Source: an uncultured Desulfobacterales bacterium
Lineage (GTDB): Bacteria; Desulfobacterota; Dissulfuribacteria; Dissulfuribacterales; QOAL01
Direction of reading: 5' to 3'
Assembly (NCBI GenBank): GCA_964638145.1
Contig: CAZXAK010000019.1
Location: 1,117-65,116, forward strand
Length of the DNA stretch: 64,000 nucleotides
Below the pieces are notes generated by a model. It made no database searches and had not been told where the DNA came from. It saw only the letters and a program-made list of their open reading frames with translations. The position numbers and the translations under genes were made by a program. This document shows positions 47,969 to 58,276 of the stretch, one piece after another; the first letter of the stretch is position 1; the number at the start of each line of letters is the position of its first letter.

Positions 47969-48831
47969 AGGGAATCGTACTGGCAGGGGGCTCAGGGACC
48001 CGTCTCTATCCTCTCACACTCTCTGTGAGCAAACAGCTCATGGCTGTCTATGACAAACCCATGGTGTACTACCCGCTATCCACACTGATGCTTGCTGGGA
48101 TAAGGGACATCCTGGTCATCACCACACCCGATGACCTCCAACAATTCCAGCGCCTGCTTGGAGATGGCACCCAGTGGGGCATCACCCTCTCATATGCCAT
48201 ACAGCCCAGGCCTGAGGGCCTTGCGCAGGCATTTATCATCGGAGAGGAGTTCATTGGCCCGGACAGTGTGAGTCTGGTACTCGGAGACAACATCTTCTTT
48301 GGACACGGACTCGCAGAGAGGCTGCAGACGTGTGTCAAAAACCTGGAAAACGGTGCCATCATCTTTGGCTATGCCGTCAAGGACCCGGAACGTTACGGTG
48401 TGGTAGAGTTTGACAGCAGCGGAAATGTCAGAAGCATTGAGGAAAAACCCGCCCAGCCAAGGTCAAAATATGCAGTCACAGGCCTGTACTTCTACGACAA
48501 CGACGTGGTGAAAATCGCCAAGCAGATCAGGCCGTCGGACCGGGGGGAACTTGAAATAACGTCTGTCAACCAGGTGTATCTTGAACAGAAAAGGCTCAGG
48601 GTGGAGCTTCTTGGCAGGGGTTATGCCTGGCTCGACACAGGGACCCATACCTCACTCCTCGATGCTGGAAACTTCATCCGGGTAATTGAGGAAAGACAGG
48701 GACAGAAGATTGCATGCCTTGAGGAAATCGCCTACAGAATGGGATACATAGATGCGGATCAGCTAAGAAAACTTGCCCTGCCCCTGTGCAACAACACCTA
48801 CGGCGAATATCTTCTCAACCTGTTGGAATAA
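47965..48831 (+). CDS. rfbA: glucose-1-phosphate thymidylyltransferase
   Basis: ATG 47965 ([18 protein letters not shown]) forms an ATGA overlap with the folE2 stop. Confidence 0.95.
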   Translation: MKGIVLAGGSGTRLYPLTLSVSKQLMAVYDKPMVYYPLSTLMLAGIRDILVITTPDDLQQFQRLLGDGTQWGITLSYAIQPRPEGLAQAFIIGEEFIGPDSVSLVLGDNIFFGHGLAERLQTCVKNLENGAIIFGYAVKDPERYGVVEFDSSGNVRSIEEKPAQPRSKYAVTGLYFYDNDVVKIAKQIRPSDRGELEITSVNQVYLEQKRLRVELLGRGYAWLDTGTHTSLLDAGNFIRVIEERQGQKIACLEEIAYRMGYIDADQLRKLALPLCNNTYGEYLLNLLE

Positions 48832-48840
48832 CGATAGCCC

Positions 48841-48912
48841 CATACTCCATGACACCTATACGGCGAATGTCTCTGCCAATTGCTTCTGTATTTCAGGTGT
48901 CGTGTAGTTATG
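48841..48912. mobile_element. MITE family 1, internally deleted mini-copy (copy E)
   Basis: 72 bp that keeps both ends (catactccatgacacct ... caggtgtcgtgtagttatg) and lacks the central part. Lies between rfbA and rfbC. Confidence 0.7.
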
Positions 48913-48962
48913 ATGCGAGACCATCTGAGATCTGAGAGGTGTAACAGGACACGGAGACAGAG

Positions 48963-49511
48963 ATGCAGTTTGAACCCCTTGAAATACCAGATGTCATCCT
49001 CATCACCCCAAAGGTATTCGGAGATGAACGGGGATTCTTCATGGAGACATGGCAGAGAGAGAGGTTTGCCGAGGCAGGCATCCACGCGGATTTCGTACAG
49101 GACAACCACTCCCTGTCAGGCAGGAACATCCTCAGGGGGCTCCACTACCAGATCAAGCGGCCACAGGGCAAACTGGTGCGTGTGGTATCAGGTTCGGTAT
49201 TCGATGTGGCCGTAGACATCAGACTGGGGTCCCCCACCTTTGGAAAATGGGTTGGACGCATCATCTCTGCGGAAAACAAACAGATGCTCTGGATACCCCC
49301 TGGATTTGCACACGGTTTCTATGTGGTCAGTCAGGAGGCAGAGTTCCTCTACAAGGTCACAGACTACTGGGCACCTGAACACGAACGGTGCATCATATGG
49401 AATGACCCGGACATTGGTATTGACTGGCCACTTGCAGATGGAGTTGCCCCGCTGTTATCGAAAAAGGACAGCATGGGCACCAGGCTCAGAAAGGCAGAGT
49501 GTTATCCATGA
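48963..49511 (+). CDS. rfbC: dTDP-4-dehydrorhamnose 3,5-epimerase
   Basis: 182 aa. DERGFFMETW ... RGLHYQ ... GKLVRVVSGSVFDVAVD. Confidence 0.95.
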   Translation: MQFEPLEIPDVILITPKVFGDERGFFMETWQRERFAEAGIHADFVQDNHSLSGRNILRGLHYQIKRPQGKLVRVVSGSVFDVAVDIRLGSPTFGKWVGRIISAENKQMLWIPPGFAHGFYVVSQEAEFLYKVTDYWAPEHERCIIWNDPDIGIDWPLADGVAPLLSKKDSMGTRLRKAECYP

Positions 49512-50386
49512 AGGTTCTCATAGCTGGTGGTACAGGGCAGGTAGGAATTGAACTTCAGAGGCTCTGTCCTGCCAATGTGAAACTGACCGCGCCTGGGTCA
49601 TCAGAACTTGACATCACTGACCGGGAACAGACAGGCAAGGCGGTGGACAGGCTACGGCCCGACGTGATTATCAATGCTGCCGCATACACGGCTGTGGACA
49701 GGGCCGAGTCAGAACCTGAGCGGGCATTTGCATTAAACAGTGAGGGGGCAGCAAACCTTGCGTCTGCTGCCGCTGCCACAGAGGCAAGACTCATCCATAT
49801 CTCCACTGACTTTGTGTTTGACGGAAAAAAATCGCGGCCCTATGTGCCTTCTGATCCCCCAGCCCCCCTTAACGTCTATGGCAAGAGCAAACTCCAGGGA
49901 GAGATTGAGGTGGCGCGCATACTTGGCCAGCGCAGTGTAATCATCAGGACCTCATGGGTCTACTCTGCCCACAGGCACAACTTCGTCAGGACCATGCTCT
50001 CTCTCATGTCTGAAAGGAAAGAACTCAAAGTAGTCGCAGATCAGGCAGGCACACCTACGTGGGCAAGGAGTCTTGCCGAGGTGGTATGGAAGACGGCCCT
50101 GCGGCCTGAGATCAATGGTACGTTCCACTGGTCTGACAGCGGAATCGCCTCATGGTACGACTTTGCCTGTTCCATATCGAGGATAGCCACCAACCTTGGC
50201 ATACTGTCTTCGCCTTCCACCATCCTTCCCATCAACACCCATGAATATCCCACGCCTGCGCGCAGGCCCTATTACAGCGTACTGGACAAGAGTAACACAT
50301 CAGATGCACTGGGAATCATCCCCATGCACTGGGAAGACAATCTTCTCTACATGCTGATGGAATCAGACAGGGAGACACAATCATGA
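49508..50386 (+). CDS. rfbD: dTDP-4-dehydrorhamnose reductase
   Basis: ATG 49508 (MKVLIAGGTGQVG) forms an ATGA overlap with the rfbC stop. Contains INAAAYTAVD and STDFVFDG. Confidence 0.9.
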   Translation: MKVLIAGGTGQVGIELQRLCPANVKLTAPGSSELDITDREQTGKAVDRLRPDVIINAAAYTAVDRAESEPERAFALNSEGAANLASAAAATEARLIHISTDFVFDGKKSRPYVPSDPPAPLNVYGKSKLQGEIEVARILGQRSVIIRTSWVYSAHRHNFVRTMLSLMSERKELKVVADQAGTPTWARSLAEVVWKTALRPEINGTFHWSDSGIASWYDFACSISRIATNLGILSSPSTILPINTHEYPTPARRPYYSVLDKSNTSDALGIIPMHWEDNLLYMLMESDRETQS

Positions 50387-51495
50387 GAAGGGTACTTGTC
50401 ACAGGGGGGGCAGGCTTCATCGGGACAAACTTTGTCTATTACTGGCTGAATCACTATCCTGAAGACCTCGTGGTCGTGCTGGACGCACTGACCTACGCTG
50501 GCAATCTCTCCAATCTACGGGAGGCAGAGAAAAGGCCAAATTTCAAGTTTGTTCACGGCAACATCTGCAACAGGGAGCTGGTTGAGTACCTGCTGAGAGA
50601 ATTTAACATAGATACCATTGTAAACTTTGCGGCAGAATCCCATGTGGACAGGTCAATCATCGGGCCTGATGCATTCATCAAGACCAATATCCAGGGTACC
50701 CATGCACTGCTCCAGGCAGCACGCCAGGTGTGGATAGGTACAGACAGCAGCCGTGAACCCATACCTCACCGGTTTCACCACGTTTCCACCGACGAGGTAT
50801 ACGGCTCCCTTGGCCCGGATGATCCACCCTTCACAGAGACCACACCATATGCGCCCAACTCACCCTACTCAGCCAGCAAGGCCGCATCTGACCACCTCGT
50901 AAGGGCATTTCATCACACCTATGGCCTGGATGTCACCACCAGCAACTGTTCCAACAACTATGGCCCGTTCCAGTTTCCAGAAAAGCTCATCCCGCTTGTG
51001 ATCATCAATATCTTAAATGCCTCCCCCCTGCCCATCTACGGAGACGGCCTCAATGTAAGGGACTGGCTCTATGTAGACGACCACTGCAGGGGCATCGACC
51101 TGGTAATCTGCAAGGGGAAAAGCGGTGAGGTCTATAACATAGGTGGCGGAAACGAGTGGACCAATATTGAAATAGTACGGCTGATCTGCAAACATGTTGA
51201 CATGGCAGTGAAAGAAAATCCTGAGCTTGTCCATGCCTTTCCCAACACACCTGCGGCAACTGGCAGGTCATCCCAGGACCTCATAACCTATGTAAAGGAC
51301 AGACCTGGCCATGACCGCCGCTATGCAATAGACCCTGAAAAGTGCGAAAGAGAGCTGGGATACCGGGCAGAAACAGACTTTAACAGGGGTATAAGGCTCA
51401 CTGTAAAGTGGTACCTCGAACACATGGAGTGGTGGAAAGAGATACTTGACGGCAGTTACAGACAGTGGGTTGCCATGCAATATGGGACCATCTGA
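50383..51495 (+). CDS. rfbB: dTDP-glucose 4,6-dehydratase
   Basis: 370 aa. [12 protein letters not shown] Rossmann motif, the YSASKAASD catalytic triad region, and the 4-nt ATGA overlap with rfbD. Confidence 0.95.
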   Translation: MRRVLVTGGAGFIGTNFVYYWLNHYPEDLVVVLDALTYAGNLSNLREAEKRPNFKFVHGNICNRELVEYLLREFNIDTIVNFAAESHVDRSIIGPDAFIKTNIQGTHALLQAARQVWIGTDSSREPIPHRFHHVSTDEVYGSLGPDDPPFTETTPYAPNSPYSASKAASDHLVRAFHHTYGLDVTTSNCSNNYGPFQFPEKLIPLVIINILNASPLPIYGDGLNVRDWLYVDDHCRGIDLVICKGKSGEVYNIGGGNEWTNIEIVRLICKHVDMAVKENPELVHAFPNTPAATGRSSQDLITYVKDRPGHDRRYAIDPEKCERELGYRAETDFNRGIRLTVKWYLEHMEWWKEILDGSYRQWVAMQYGTI

Positions 51496-51525
51496 CCCAA
51501 ATAGCATAACCACAGGAGATTCACT

Positions 51526-52365
51526 GTGAATACTAAGTACAGGACCGTTGCGCTTACCATTGCGGGTTCTGATTCAGGCGGGGGCGCAGGTATCCAGCAG
51601 GATATCCGTGTCTTCACTGCACTCGGGGTCTATGCCTCTGCGGTAATAACCGCTCTAACAGCCCAAAATTCTCTTGGAGTACATGCGGTAGAGCCGGTGA
51701 ACAGCCGTTTTGTGGCAAAACAGCTCAGAGTTGTAATGGAGGACATCAGGCCAGGTTTTATCAAGACAGGCATGCTGGTTGGAGCAGACACTGTGAGGGC
51801 AGTACACGAGGTTCTCCGGCGCTATCCTGACATACGCCTGGTAATCGACACGGTAATGCTGTCCAAAAACGGGACTGTACTGATGGATGACGCAGGCGTG
51901 GAAGCAATGAGAGAGCTGCTGTTCCCCATTGCGACCCTGATCACCCCCAACATACCTGAGGCAGAGAAGTTGCTGAACACAAAGATACGCACTGTTGACG
52001 AGATGAAAGAGGCGGCAGGCCTCCTGCGGCGCACGGCAGGTGACAGCCCTGCCGTACTGCTCAAGGGGGGACACATGGCCGGACCTGAAACAATTGACTG
52101 CCTGTGTACGGCCGAGGGGTGTGAGCTGTTTCCTGCCAAACGCATAAAAACCCACCATACCCACGGCACTGGCTGTACGCTCTCGAGTGCCATCACTGCC
52201 CTGCTCTCCTCTGGCCTTTCCATAAGGGATGCCTGCGCAGAGGCGATCAGACTCACCCGAATCGCCATAGACAGGGCATTTGCAATAGGAAGCGGTGCAG
52301 GCCCCCTGAACGTATTTGCCTGGGCTGGCACACGTGTACAAGGCCATGGAATCAACGTGCCATAA
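51526..52365 (+). CDS. thiD: hydroxymethylpyrimidine/phosphomethylpyrimidine kinase
   Basis: 279 aa with a GTG start. [17 protein letters not shown] ... [11 protein letters not shown]. Confidence 0.9.
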   Translation: MNTKYRTVALTIAGSDSGGGAGIQQDIRVFTALGVYASAVITALTAQNSLGVHAVEPVNSRFVAKQLRVVMEDIRPGFIKTGMLVGADTVRAVHEVLRRYPDIRLVIDTVMLSKNGTVLMDDAGVEAMRELLFPIATLITPNIPEAEKLLNTKIRTVDEMKEAAGLLRRTAGDSPAVLLKGGHMAGPETIDCLCTAEGCELFPAKRIKTHHTHGTGCTLSSAITALLSSGLSIRDACAEAIRLTRIAIDRAFAIGSGAGPLNVFAWAGTRVQGHGINVP

Positions 52366-52386
52366 TCTAATCCGGACAGTCTTGCC

Positions 52387-53352
52387 ATGACCTGTATAAA
52401 TGTTGGAATAATAGGCACAGGAAAGCACGGCACACGCTATGCCAACCACATAATCAATGACCTGCCAAACATGCGTCTCAAAGCCATTTCAAGACGCAGC
52501 CCTGCGGGGAGGCAGCAGGCAGACAGGTGGCAGTGCGCTTATTACAGTACGTGGCAGGACCTGGTGGCTGACAGCCGGATAGATGCTGTCATCTCAGTAG
52601 TCCCCCCTGCCCTGAACCGCGACATAGCAGAGGTCTGCTGCAATCATGGCAAGGCACTGCTCATGGAAAAGCCCCTTGCCACCACTGTCTCTGACGCCAA
52701 GGCCATTGTCTCCATGTGTGACAAGACCAATACCCCTCTCACAGTTGCCCAGACTCTTCGCTACAACACCGTGATTCAGGGACTGGTACGCAACTATCCG
52801 CGTCTTGGCACATGCTACTCGTTTGTCATTAACCAGCGCCTCGAGCCCTCCACACTGGCCTGGCTCCAGGACCCGAAACAGGCAGGCGCAGGGGTAATCC
52901 TGCATACGGCAGTACACCTCTTCGATGCACTCAGATTTATCACCGGCCTTGAGATAAGACGTGTAAGGGCAATGAGCCGTATGATCCACAACCCATACTT
53001 AGAAGACATGGTGCTGGCTGAAGTGGAATGCGATCAGGGTGTGACAGGACTGCTGGATACCAGCAAGATATCCCCGGCACGCACAGGCCGATTCGAATTC
53101 ATTGGCCAGAACGGCATTCTTTCAGGTGACCAGATACACGGCAGCCTTGAGTGGCTCCATGGCACAGAACGCACGCCCCTGCCATGTGCCACACCAGGCC
53201 CCACAATTGTAAATCTGCTTGAGGACTGGTATAATTTTCTGTGCAACAGTGAAAAGAACCCTATCGACGGGCTTGAAGGCCTGTCAGCGGTCAGGGCATG
53301 TGAGGCATGCCTGAAATCAGCAAGATCAGGGACATGGGAACAGGTCATCTGA
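52387..53352 (+). CDS. Gfo/Idh/MocA family oxidoreductase
   Basis: 321 aa. N-terminal Rossmann motif VGIIGTGKHG and the EKPLA motif. Confidence 0.8.
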   Translation: MTCINVGIIGTGKHGTRYANHIINDLPNMRLKAISRRSPAGRQQADRWQCAYYSTWQDLVADSRIDAVISVVPPALNRDIAEVCCNHGKALLMEKPLATTVSDAKAIVSMCDKTNTPLTVAQTLRYNTVIQGLVRNYPRLGTCYSFVINQRLEPSTLAWLQDPKQAGAGVILHTAVHLFDALRFITGLEIRRVRAMSRMIHNPYLEDMVLAEVECDQGVTGLLDTSKISPARTGRFEFIGQNGILSGDQIHGSLEWLHGTERTPLPCATPGPTIVNLLEDWYNFLCNSEKNPIDGLEGLSAVRACEACLKSARSGTWEQVI

Positions 53353-53408
53353 ATCTTTCTGACACTGGATTTTGAAGGCAAACCAACAACCAAGGAGGAA
53401 GCAAGACG

Positions 53409-53627
53409 ATGAAGGTCGAAATCACTTACTGCATGAAGTGAAACTATAAACCCAGGGCCTCCAGGCTGGGGGATCTGCTCAAGGAAAAATTTGGAGCTGA
53501 TGTGGAACTCATAGGTGGTTCCGGCGGGGTTTACGAGGTGGTTGTTGATGGAAAGACCATCTTTTCCAAGGCAAAGGCCGGCCGCTTTCCTGAAGATCAG
53601 GAGATACTTGACGCAATTTCAGGTTGA
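53409..53627 (+). CDS. SelW/Rdx-family selenoprotein, TGA(Sec) at 53439-53441
   Basis: AAGGAGG (53392-53398) lies 10 nt before the ATG. Translation: MKVEITYCMK-U-NYKPRASRLGDLLKEKFGADVELIGGSGGVYEVVVDGKTIFSKAKAGRFPEDQEILDAISG. The CxxU sits where the family carries its CxxC/CxxU redox motif. The frame stays open for 61 codons after the TGA. Confidence 0.75.
53451..53470 (+). promoter_or_regulatory. candidate bacterial SECIS hairpin
   Basis: cccag-ggcctccagg-ctggg starts 9 nt after the UGA, so the apical loop lies about 19-22 nt downstream. The stem is weak and this is a candidate only. Confidence 0.3.
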
Positions 53628-53654
53628 TTAAGCAGACCGCACTACACAACACGT

Positions 53655-53675
53655 AACCCCTCAGAGGGTTTTTGG
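53655..53675 (+). terminator. possible intrinsic terminator after the selenoprotein gene
   Basis: aacccct-cag-agggtt (one bulge) followed by tttgg. The stem is short. Confidence 0.4.
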
Positions 53676-53690
53676 TGGTATTAATTTATT

Positions 53691-53753
53691 CCTGAATTGA
53701 GCGTTTCAAATCATTTGGATCTCATGCAAACTTGGGGAATCGCTCAATTCAGG
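53691..53753. mobile_element. MITE family 2, internally deleted mini-copy (G3)
   Basis: 63-bp near-palindrome, cctgaattgagcgtttcaaatcat...atctcatgcaaacttggggaatcgctcaattcagg. It joins both ends of the 255-bp element. Confidence 0.7.
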
Positions 53754-53795
53754 AGTGCATAATCGGGAATATGAAAAAAGCTTCAGGATAGGCTC

Positions 53796-54242
53796 TCAAG
53801 TGCCTGTATGGCCAAAACCGCCCTCCCCCCTCTGCGTATCATCAAGCCCTGATACCTCATCCCATTCAACCTGCCACACCCTTGACAGCACCATCTGGGC
53901 AATTCGATCGCCAGGGCCTATGGTAACAGGCGCTGTCCCAAGGTTTATGAGCCCTACCTTTATCTCTCCACGATAGTCAGCATCAATGGTGCCTGGCGCA
54001 TTAATCACCGTAAGGCCCTTGTTGATGGCAAGCCCGCTCCTTGGTCTGATCTGGAACTCATAGCCCTGTGGCAGGGCCACAGCAATACCTGATGGAATGA
54101 GGACAATCTCACCTGGCTGAATGGTAACAGGCCGGGTCAGTGCAGCAGATATATCCATGCCCGCTGCCATATCAGACATGTAACAGGGAAGCTCAAGGCC
54201 CTCTCCGTGGGGCAAACGTGTTATCCTGACTGTAACACTCAT
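53796..54242 (-). CDS. dut: dUTP diphosphatase
   Basis: ATG 54242 ([10 protein letters not shown]) is preferred. Motifs [23 protein letters not shown] and [10 protein letters not shown]. Confidence 0.9.
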   Translation of the reverse strand: MSVTVRITRLPHGEGLELPCYMSDMAAGMDISAALTRPVTIQPGEIVLIPSGIAVALPQGYEFQIRPRSGLAINKGLTVINAPGTIDADYRGEIKVGLINLGTAPVTIGPGDRIAQMVLSRVWQVEWDEVSGLDDTQRGEGGFGHTGT

Positions 54243-54305
54243 GAAACCAGTATGATCCCCTATATCAGTAGGCACAGATGTTATATGGAAGCACGGCAGG
54301 CAACG

Positions 54306-55589
54306 TCAGCCGCTGACCAATGCCTCACACCTCGCGGCCTCTTTATCAGGCAGTGGCCCCAGCGTAACCATTGCAGGCCGTGATTCCATGCAGGTTGCGG
54401 CCACCTGCATGATCTCGTCAGGCGTTACTGCGTCGAAACGCTCCTCCACCTCCTCATAGCTTATCTGATACCCGAGGTTGATCTCATTCTTTGCAAGACG
54501 CGACATACGGGAATCCATGCCCTCAGAGCCAAGCAGAATGGCCCCCTTAACCTGATCACGGGCTGCATCAAGCTCTGCCTCAGGCACAGGTTCACGGGCC
54601 ATCTTTTCAAACTCGGCCTGCATAAGGGCAGCCACCGTAGAGGCAGACTCAGGGGCAACCCCTGCATACATGCCCATTACGCCACTGTCCTGATAGGAGG
54701 TGAGAAAAGAGTAGACAGAATATGCAAGGCCGCGCTTCTCACGTATCTCCTGAAACAGGCGGGAACTCATCGAACCGCCCAGGATCACATTGAGGAGCGT
54801 TGCGGCATAACGCGTCTCATCCACAACAGACATGCCCCTGTAGCCCATGAGCATATGCACCTGCTCACATTCCCTCTGGTGGAACATGGTACCGGACATG
54901 GCAACAGGGGTGGTCCTGTCCGGCAACTTTGCCTCAGCAGACGGCAGGGGCTCAAACAGCTTGCTGATACGTTCCACAAAAGGGTCGTGTTGCACATTGC
55001 CCGAAGCGGCCACAACTACCCTTGAGGCCACATACGCCTGGGACACAAAGGATTTCAGAAAGGCGGAATCAACCATAGAAACCGTCTCCCTGGTCCCAAG
55101 GATGGAACGACCAAGGGGGTTGTCACCCCATATGAAACTGTTGAACAGCTCGTGAACGTGGTCATCAGGCGTATCCTCCACCATGCTGATCTCCTGGAGG
55201 ATCACCTGGCGTTCACGCTCCACCTCCACCTCATCGAACCGGGAGTTGAGCACTATGTCAGAAAGCAGATCAGTAATGGTATCTATGTGAATATCCAGGA
55301 CCCTGGCATGGAAGCATGTTGTCTCTCTTGAGGTAAAGGCATTGGAGAAACCGCCCATGCGATCAAATGCCTTGGCAATGTCAAAGGCAGTGCGGCGCTC
55401 AGTGCCCTTGAAGATCATGTGCTCTATGAAATGGGACACGCCTGAGGCCTCTGGCATCTCGTCACGCGAACCCACTGTCACCCATACACCAAGGGCCACC
55501 GAACGGGCCCCTGGCACGCTCTCAGTGACAATCCTGAGCCCGCTTGGGAGTATGGTCCTGTTGAACACACTCTTGATATGCATAGGCAT
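54306..55589 (-). CDS. M16 family zinc peptidase (pitrilysin-like)
   Basis: 427 aa with the inverted zinc motif HFIEHMIFKGT. Its start abuts the pnp stop. Confidence 0.85.
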   Translation of the reverse strand: MPMHIKSVFNRTILPSGLRIVTESVPGARSVALGVWVTVGSRDEMPEASGVSHFIEHMIFKGTERRTAFDIAKAFDRMGGFSNAFTSRETTCFHARVLDIHIDTITDLLSDIVLNSRFDEVEVERERQVILQEISMVEDTPDDHVHELFNSFIWGDNPLGRSILGTRETVSMVDSAFLKSFVSQAYVASRVVVAASGNVQHDPFVERISKLFEPLPSAEAKLPDRTTPVAMSGTMFHQRECEQVHMLMGYRGMSVVDETRYAATLLNVILGGSMSSRLFQEIREKRGLAYSVYSFLTSYQDSGVMGMYAGVAPESASTVAALMQAEFEKMAREPVPEAELDAARDQVKGAILLGSEGMDSRMSRLAKNEINLGYQISYEEVEERFDAVTPDEIMQVAATCMESRPAMVTLGPLPDKEAARCEALVSG

Positions 55590-57671
55590 CTAATCCAGAA
55601 GGGCCTTGCGGCTGAGCTTTATCCTGCCCTGCCGGTCAATGTCAATGACCTTGACCTTGACCGTATCACCCTCTTTAAGGATATCCCTGACGTTTTCTAC
55701 CCGGCGTCTGTCAAGCTGTGAGATATGGACAAGGCCGTCAACCCTTGGAAGAATCTCAACAAAGGCCCCGAAGTCCATTATCTTCTTTACTGTGCCAGTG
55801 TACACCTCACCGATCTCAGGCTCTCTTGTGATCTCCTTTACTATCTGCAGGGCCCGGTCAGCAGACGCGGCATCTGCAGAGAATATGTTTACCGTACCGG
55901 AATCGTCCACATCCATCTTCACACCGGTATCGGCAATGATCCCCTTGATCACCTTGCCGCCGGGACCGATCACATCCTTTATCTTCTCAGGATTGATCTT
56001 GATGGAAGTGATCCTTGGGGCAAACTCTGAAAGGCTCTTTCTTGGCTCGCTGATCGCCTCACGCATCCTGTCAAGTATGTGAATCCGGGCCTTGCGTGCC
56101 TGCTGAAGGGCATTCCTGAGTATCTCCTCGTCGATCTCGGAAATCTTGATGTCCATCTGAAGGGCTGTCACCCCCTCCTCTGTACCAGTTACCTTGAAGT
56201 CCATGTCTCCAAGGTGGTCCTCATCACCGAGGATATCTGTCAGGATGATGGACTCACCAGACTCCTCGTCCTTTATGAGGCCCATGGCAACACCACTCAC
56301 CATGTCACGAATAGGGACACCTGCATCCATAAGGGCAAGGGTTGCACCGCACACAGATGCCATTGAGGAGGAACCGTTGGACTCAAGCACCTCGGCCACC
56401 ACCCTGATGGTATAGAGGAAGTCTTCTGCCAGAGGGATGACCGCTGCCACAGCACGCTCTGCCAGTGCGCCATGACCAATATCCCTTCGTGCCGGCCCGC
56501 GCATCATGCGCACCTCGCCCACACTGTACGGTGTAAAGTTGTAATGGAGCATGAAATGCTTGTAGCGGTCTCCAAGTGGTGTATCTATACGCTGCTCATC
56601 ATCAGCACTTCCAAGCGTAGCCACTGCAAGCACCTGGGTCTCACCCCTGGTGAATACTGCTGACCCATGGGCCCTGGGCAACTCGCCAATGGAACAGGTT
56701 ACAGGCCTTACCTCATCAAATTTCCGTCCATCAAGCCTGCGCCGCTCCTTTACTATGAGCTGGCGCATCATATCCTTCTCCATCTCCTTGAGGGCCAAGG
56801 CTATCTCCCTGTCCCTGTCCGGAAAAGCCTCGGAAAGCTCCTGGATCACCTCCTGCTTGACCACCCGTTTTTTACTGTTGCGGAGCACCTTCTCAGGTAT
56901 GGAAATCACCTCACGCATGCGCTCCGCGGCCTTTGCATGGACTGCCTCTATCAGGGAGTCATCAACCTCTGGTACAGGCACGCTGAACTTTGGCTTTCCT
57001 GCCTTTTCCGCAAGCTCATCCTGTATCTCTATGAGCGGGCTCAACACCCCCTGCGCGAACATAATCGCATCAAGAATATCCTCCTCAGGGAGCACTGCAG
57101 CCCAGCCCTCCACCATGACGATATTTTCACGAGAGCCTGCAACCACTATGTCAATATCCGAATGCGCAAGTTGGTTGAGAGAGGGATTTGGAACAAACTT
57201 GCCATCAATACGGCCAACCCTAACCCCTGCAAGCGGCCCGTCAAACGGGATATCAGATACAGTCAGGGCTGCAGATGCGGCTGTTATGGCAATCACGTCA
57301 GGGTCTATTTCAGGGTCCACGGAAAGGACCGTTGCGATAATCTGTGTGTCATAGGTATAGCCGTCAGGGAAACGGGGCCTCAAGGGCCTGTCTATGAGGC
57401 GGGAGGTAAGGGTTGCCTTCTCACTGGGCCGCCCTATCTCACGTCTGAAGTAGTTTCCCGGAATCCTCCCTGAACCGTAGAACATCTCCTGGTAATCCAC
57501 CATGAGTGGCAGAAAATCAGCACCTTCTCTCGGTTCTGATGATGCCGTTGCTGTAACCAGCACCCGCGTATCGCCACATGATGCAAGCACCGCACCGTTG
57601 GCCTGCTTGGCAAGCCTGCCTGTTTCAAAGGCTATTGTTATATCGTTCAGCTTTGTCTCTAACTTGATCAT
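55590..57671 (-). CDS. pnp: polyribonucleotide nucleotidyltransferase (PNPase)
   Basis: 693 aa. Two RNase PH domains plus KH (IKDVIGPGGKVIKGI) and S1 (GEVYTGTVKKIMDFGAFVEI) domains. Confidence 0.95.
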   Translation of the reverse strand: MIKLETKLNDITIAFETGRLAKQANGAVLASCGDTRVLVTATASSEPREGADFLPLMVDYQEMFYGSGRIPGNYFRREIGRPSEKATLTSRLIDRPLRPRFPDGYTYDTQIIATVLSVDPEIDPDVIAITAASAALTVSDIPFDGPLAGVRVGRIDGKFVPNPSLNQLAHSDIDIVVAGSRENIVMVEGWAAVLPEEDILDAIMFAQGVLSPLIEIQDELAEKAGKPKFSVPVPEVDDSLIEAVHAKAAERMREVISIPEKVLRNSKKRVVKQEVIQELSEAFPDRDREIALALKEMEKDMMRQLIVKERRRLDGRKFDEVRPVTCSIGELPRAHGSAVFTRGETQVLAVATLGSADDEQRIDTPLGDRYKHFMLHYNFTPYSVGEVRMMRGPARRDIGHGALAERAVAAVIPLAEDFLYTIRVVAEVLESNGSSSMASVCGATLALMDAGVPIRDMVSGVAMGLIKDEESGESIILTDILGDEDHLGDMDFKVTGTEEGVTALQMDIKISEIDEEILRNALQQARKARIHILDRMREAISEPRKSLSEFAPRITSIKINPEKIKDVIGPGGKVIKGIIADTGVKMDVDDSGTVNIFSADAASADRALQIVKEITREPEIGEVYTGTVKKIMDFGAFVEILPRVDGLVHISQLDRRRVENVRDILKEGDTVKVKVIDIDRQGRIKLSRKALLD

Positions 57672-57831
57672 TAACCAGTTTTCCTCTTTTCTTCTTTAAA
57701 TTGCCTTCTCAACACTGATACTGGGAACTGACACTATCCACTGACACTGACATGCCCTGTCTGTCCGACCTTCAGGCCCCCTGGTATAAACCCGAGACCT
57801 TTCCGCCCCTTACACATGCCGAAGGTACGAT

Positions 57832-57854
57832 CAGGACAGTTACCGCCTGTCCTG
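57832..57854 (-). promoter_or_regulatory. stem-loop in rpsO-pnp intergenic leader
   Basis: caggacag-N7-ctgtcctg (8-bp stem) starts 15 nt downstream of the rpsO stop. No U-tract follows. Confidence 0.35.
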
Positions 57855-57868
57855 CAGCCCTCATGTAC

Positions 57869-58138
57869 CTATTTACGTATGCCAAGCTCCTTGATAATGG
57901 TCCTGTATCTCTCTATATCCTGCGCCTTGAGATAATCGAGAAGTCTGCGTCTCTGGCCTACCAGTTTGAGCAGGCCCCTGCGTGAACCGTGATCCTTCTT
58001 GTGCACCTTGAAGTGATCGGTAAGGTATGCGATACGGGAGCTGAGAAGTGCAATCTGCACCTCTGGCGACCCTGTATCTGTAGGATGTGTCTTGAACTTT
58101 TCGATTATCTCTCTTTTGCTTTCAGCATCTAAAGCCAC
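57869..58138 (-). CDS. rpsO: 30S ribosomal protein S15
   Basis: 89 aa. [46 protein letters not shown]. Confidence 0.95.
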   Translation of the reverse strand: MALDAESKREIIEKFKTHPTDTGSPEVQIALLSSRIAYLTDHFKVHKKDHGSRRGLLKLVGQRRRLLDYLKAQDIERYRTIIKELGIRK

Positions 58139-58276
58139 TTTCGTGTTCCTCCTTAAAAAATGCCTGTTTCTTGAAGTACAATAAATTTATTGGTGATACC
58201 CTGTAAGAAGGTACCAATTACAGTACCGTTTTTTCATAAGTTACGATCCTCAACTGAATGAAGATACTGCTCTGAT

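Noticed and set aside
51655-52449. 264-aa and 203-aa minus-strand ORFs opposite thiD.
   Set aside because: They are antisense shadows of a confidently identified thiD and have no motifs.
56650-57473. 234-aa and 268-aa plus-strand ORFs opposite pnp.
   Set aside because: They are antisense to PNPase. Their Ser/Leu-rich composition is typical of a shadow frame.
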